From NCBI GenBank assembly GCA_001938485.1, contig MQRK01218062.1, forward strand, positions 137,688-191,967: DNA of 54,280 nucleotides, written 5' to 3'. The notes under the pieces were generated by a model. That model was not told where the DNA came from. It did no database searches and was given only the letters and a program-made list of their open reading frames with translations. Below, one piece after another: positions 50,365 through 54,280 of the stretch. The translations under genes and the position numbers were made by a program. Every line of letters begins with the position of its first letter. Position 1 is the first letter of the stretch. Source of the DNA: Girardia tigrina. Its lineage: Eukaryota.

Positions 50365-51702
50365 CAGTCGTGGCCATAATTCACCAACCACCGCTAAAAA
50401 TACTGAGATTTTTAACTAACTGATATTGTAACGAAGTATTAATGTTATATTCAGTACATACAAGTTATAAGAAGAATACAGACATGGATGCACAGTTCAA
50501 ACACTCTTCCGCTAGTACTTTGTTTGGCCACATTTTGCATTAATCAATCTTGTCCATCGACGTAGCATGTTCACAATTATATTGTCAGTGAGTTTGGAGC
50601 TGATCTCCTGTACCCAAACACGTTTAATCACGTCAGGTAGGTCATCTTATGATGTGGGGGCATGCTTAGGAACATATTCTTTCACTATTCTCCAACAATT
50701 TTCAATCGGTGATAAATCACGGGAGTTGTCAGGCCATGGACCCAGAACGCTGATCTTGTTTGCTTCCAAACAGGCTTTGTTTATTTGCGATTGATGGCAT
50801 GGAGGCCCGTAATGTTGGAAATAATTATACTGACGCATTTAAATGAAGCGTTGGACCTTATCGCATAGAATGTCATTGTACACAGGTGAAGTGATAGTAG
50901 TTCCCTTGGGACAGAACCAAAGACCGTAGTGACCTCTGGCAGCAATTGGCCCCAAATCATAACTTTCGGCGCACTCCATACGATGGGAACAGTATACTGT
51001 TGTCTAAAGCGGTGACCAGGCGGCCGGCGCACTGTGCGGATCCATGTGCCTTGCTGACAGATTGTGGTTTTATCGGTGAACATCACCAAACGCCATTGAT
51101 CAACAGTTCAATATTGGTAAGCTTTTGCAAACGCGAGCCTATCACGAATATTCTTCGACAATAAACGCGGTTTCTTGGCAGGCTTGTACGATCGAAAGCC
51201 TTCTTCAACCAGATGTCGACAAATAGTTCATGCGCTAGATAATTTATCAATGCTAGCTGGAAGATCAGCTTGTATTGCGCGGGAACCAGCAAATGGATTG
51301 GTCTTGCAGGATCTCAAAATGACTCGATCTGTCACCTTGCTTGTGATAGGCGGCCTTCCGTGGCGTTTCGTATAGGCAAAGGCGCCGGTGGCTTGATGAA
51401 GACGGACAGTGTCGGCTATTGCAGCGCGGCTAATATTGAATCACAGGGCAATTCGAGACTCCAGTGTCGTGTAAAGCGACGATTTGTGTCCTCAGAGTGG
51501 GTAAAGCTAGTGATATCGGAATAGTCACAAATACTTGACACAAATACTTTTTATATCATAATAGCATAGTGGGTATTCTACTAAAGCTGTATTCTTATTG
51601 GATGTTGGTTAAGAACATTATTTACATGCACTTACACACACGCATGTAGATATTAATTTTCTTTAAAATGCAAGGGTGGCCGATGAATTATTACCACGAC
51701 TG
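50365..51702 (-). mobile_element. Tc1-family element, degenerate
   Basis: TA|CAGTCGTGG...CCACGACTG|TA; GRPP-type HTH linker, VMFTDK, VMIWG, FQHYGPPCH, WPDNSRDLSPIENCW. Confidence 0.93.
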
Positions 51703-52807
51703 TATATTTACAACTATGGAATGTAAAATAATTCTTTTATATTTTAAGACAATCTCAAATTTATTTGTTAGATATTTTAGTTGAAATTTATAATTTAAGT
51801 GGTAAAAATGTACAAAAAGAAACAGTGTAAAAAAATCACTAGACAGAAACTGATATGTTTTGCTGGAAGGCTTTTATTTATCTTTAATAAAAAGCGTATC
51901 TTTCAACCTTCGACTATCATTATTTGTTTATCCAGAAATAAGTAATTATCATTTTAAAGAGTTCGTTTTCAATAATTACACTCTTCGAAAATTGGTTTTC
52001 TTCCTTCAGAAAATTGATTAGAACCATTTTATCCAGAAATCGCTGTATAGGATATTTTGAACACTTTCTTGGCATGTTTCTATGAAAGGTATCCTATACA
52101 ATGTGATTGCCATTTTTATTAATTTTTCTAAAGCAAATCTTACTTTAATTCTTTCTATAGAAATAAAGAAATTTCTTCATGAAATTGGCGACATTAAATC
52201 ATTAGTTGGGAAACTATATATTTCCTTATTTGCATAAAGTATAACTATATTTATCTGTCGAAAATACGTTATAATAATATTTACCAATGTGTTTGTCTGC
52301 AATAATTTTAATGACTTTTTAAACCAGCTTCAGTTCTAAAAATTTTTGTTACACTACAATATTTTCTTTATTTAACATACAAATTGTATTTATTCAACTA
52401 CTGATTGTAATACAACCTATTTGATTAGGCTTAGTATACATTGGAACACCTTTTTCAGTTCAGAAATAAATCTCCAAATGGTGGGAGAAATATTTTCGAA
52501 TTTCCCGTTATCTGTATAGCTGTATTACCTATCTATATTTCCTTGTAACAATTATTATATTTATTGTCATTTTAATATTTTTAATATTTCAAAACCTATA
52601 TATGTACATCAAAAGAAAATTAAATAAATGCAAAAAGTTTTAAAATTTTAAAAGTTTAAAATGATTTTAAAATTTACAAACAAACAAAAATTAAATAATT
52701 ATATAAAACCAAAAAATGTCAACATAAATAACAATTGATATATTTTAAAAGGAAAATAATCAATAAAAGTTTCAAAATTGAATTGTTATTATCCAATCAC
52801 AAATTTT

Positions 52808-52823
52808 GGCCCTAAAGAGGGCC
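52808..52823 (-). promoter_or_regulatory. Histone mRNA 3' stem-loop
   Basis: AC-GGCCCT CTTT AGGGCC-AAAA directly 3' of the H2B homology. Confidence 0.9.
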
Positions 52824-52829
52824 GTATTT

Positions 52830-53100
52830 CTTTCTCGGCTTGCGGCGTTCTTAGCCAACTCTCCCGGCAGCAGCAGTCTCACTCCCGTCTTGATCTCTCT
52901 GCTCGTGATCGTCGACTTCTTGTCGTAATTCGCCAATCGACTGACCTCACTTGCAATCCTCTCAAACACATCATTCACGAGACTGTTCATGATCGAAATG
53001 GCTTTGCCGGAGATGCCAGTGTTTGGGTACACCTGCCGCACCAAAAATTAATCGCTCGGATTTTCATAATCTTTGTCACTCTGATCGATTGCTCTGACAT
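52830..53100 (-). pseudogene. H2B: Histone H2B pseudogene
   Basis: [62 protein letters not shown]; the ATG at 53100 is out of frame with the fold; C-terminal helix missing. Confidence 0.85.
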
Positions 53101-54280
53101 GAAGAGAAAGAACAGTCGGAATCAAAAATTTTTCTTTTTTCATTTGTACAACGATATTAACAAATTGAACTTGAAAAATAACATCACAATAATTAGTAAA
53201 TCTTTATTTTCCTTTTAAACTTTGCCAAAAATCCAAAACTACAAACTCATTATTTCGTTTTAAACAAAAAACGATTAATCAATTATATATATATGGGTAA
53301 TTTTAATTACTTAAAATTATATATACATATAATTTATGTAATTTTAAATTCATTCTGAAAGAAGAATTTTAAAAGAAACAATAAAAAAATTAAAATTTGT
53401 ACTATTTTAATTAAAATTTAATATTTTTATGATAAAATTTTATAAATATAATTTAAAAATAAATTTTATAATTATAAGTTAAATTTTACAAATTAAATTG
53501 AATGAAAATTTGAATAAATGGATTTTGACGAAACGATTAAATTAACGATAAATTTGTTTATGTGTATTATTTTGATTAATAAAATTTTATGTTGAATATG
53601 AATTGTGATCTTGATGATAATGAAAATTGCATAAACACTGTATATATGCATAATATCTGTAGAATATTATTTCCCTAGAACATTATGATCCCGATTTATT
53701 ACGATAATTTGGGAAGATGAAGAAATTTATTTTTGTCTATTTTAATGCAAATAAGTTACTTAATTATTTATGGTAAGTCTGTATCTAGTAAATATTATAG
53801 AAATAGTTTATATTATAAACAAAGTACAATTATATATCGTTTTCTTCGGAATCTCTTAGTAATTTTTGAAAATTCGTTACCAATCGGTTATTGCTTTTGC
53901 CAATATTACTGTCTTAGAATGAACAATTATGTGTTGCTAATCCAGAAGATAGTGGTGGAAAGTTCATTATTTTTTTCCAAAATTTAGAATTCGGTGATAA
54001 GATAAATAATGTCCCTAAATCAATAAAATTGTTTTTTCTCGAGTTTGTGTAGCTTGATATCAATATTATGCTTTGTTGTAAATGAAAAAAGCTTTTCATG
54101 AGGAAATTCACAATCGGATTGTAAACACGAAAAAAGAAGTATAAGAAATTAATTATCAAGCTGTTAGGAAGAATATTAGTATTATTAAATTATTATTCAA
54201 AATTATAATCATTCAAATAAATATTAATTTATAAAAAATTATTTAAATGTGGTTCCAATTATTTCATCATTAATTCTCGC

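Noticed and set aside
52778-53218. 146-aa plus-strand ORF
   Set aside because: Antisense shadow of the H2B relic.

Overview
AT-rich eukaryotic (animal) genomic DNA with six assembly gaps; the transposon mix and FoxJ1 gene suggest a triclad flatworm (inference only). Host genes: an intronless RDH11-14-like short-chain dehydrogenase whose catalytic YxxxK is replaced by FxxxQ (554-1540, -); two coding exons of a FoxJ1 forkhead gene (12593-12844 and 19963-20352, +; later exons not found); and a decayed histone H2B with an intact 3' stem-loop (about 52808-53100, -). The other recognisable sequence is decayed, often nested mobile DNA: three Ty3/gypsy-type LTR families, piggyBac, pogo/Tigger, four mariners plus a Tc1, hAT fragments and MITEs, an RTE-clade LINE and several Penelope-like (PLE) GIY-YIG fragments. 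Long AT-rich stretches remain unassigned. The signals least explained by the ORF track are RNA structures: about five minimal hammerhead ribozyme motifs at PLE ends (two as an inverted pair inside FoxJ1 intron 1) and one HDV-like ribozyme relic (31400-31503, -). Also notable are an LTR family ending TG...TA and a composite insertion flanked by a 6-bp duplication. I cannot show a clearly novel system from the sequence alone; these are candidates. All alignments and folds were done by eye.
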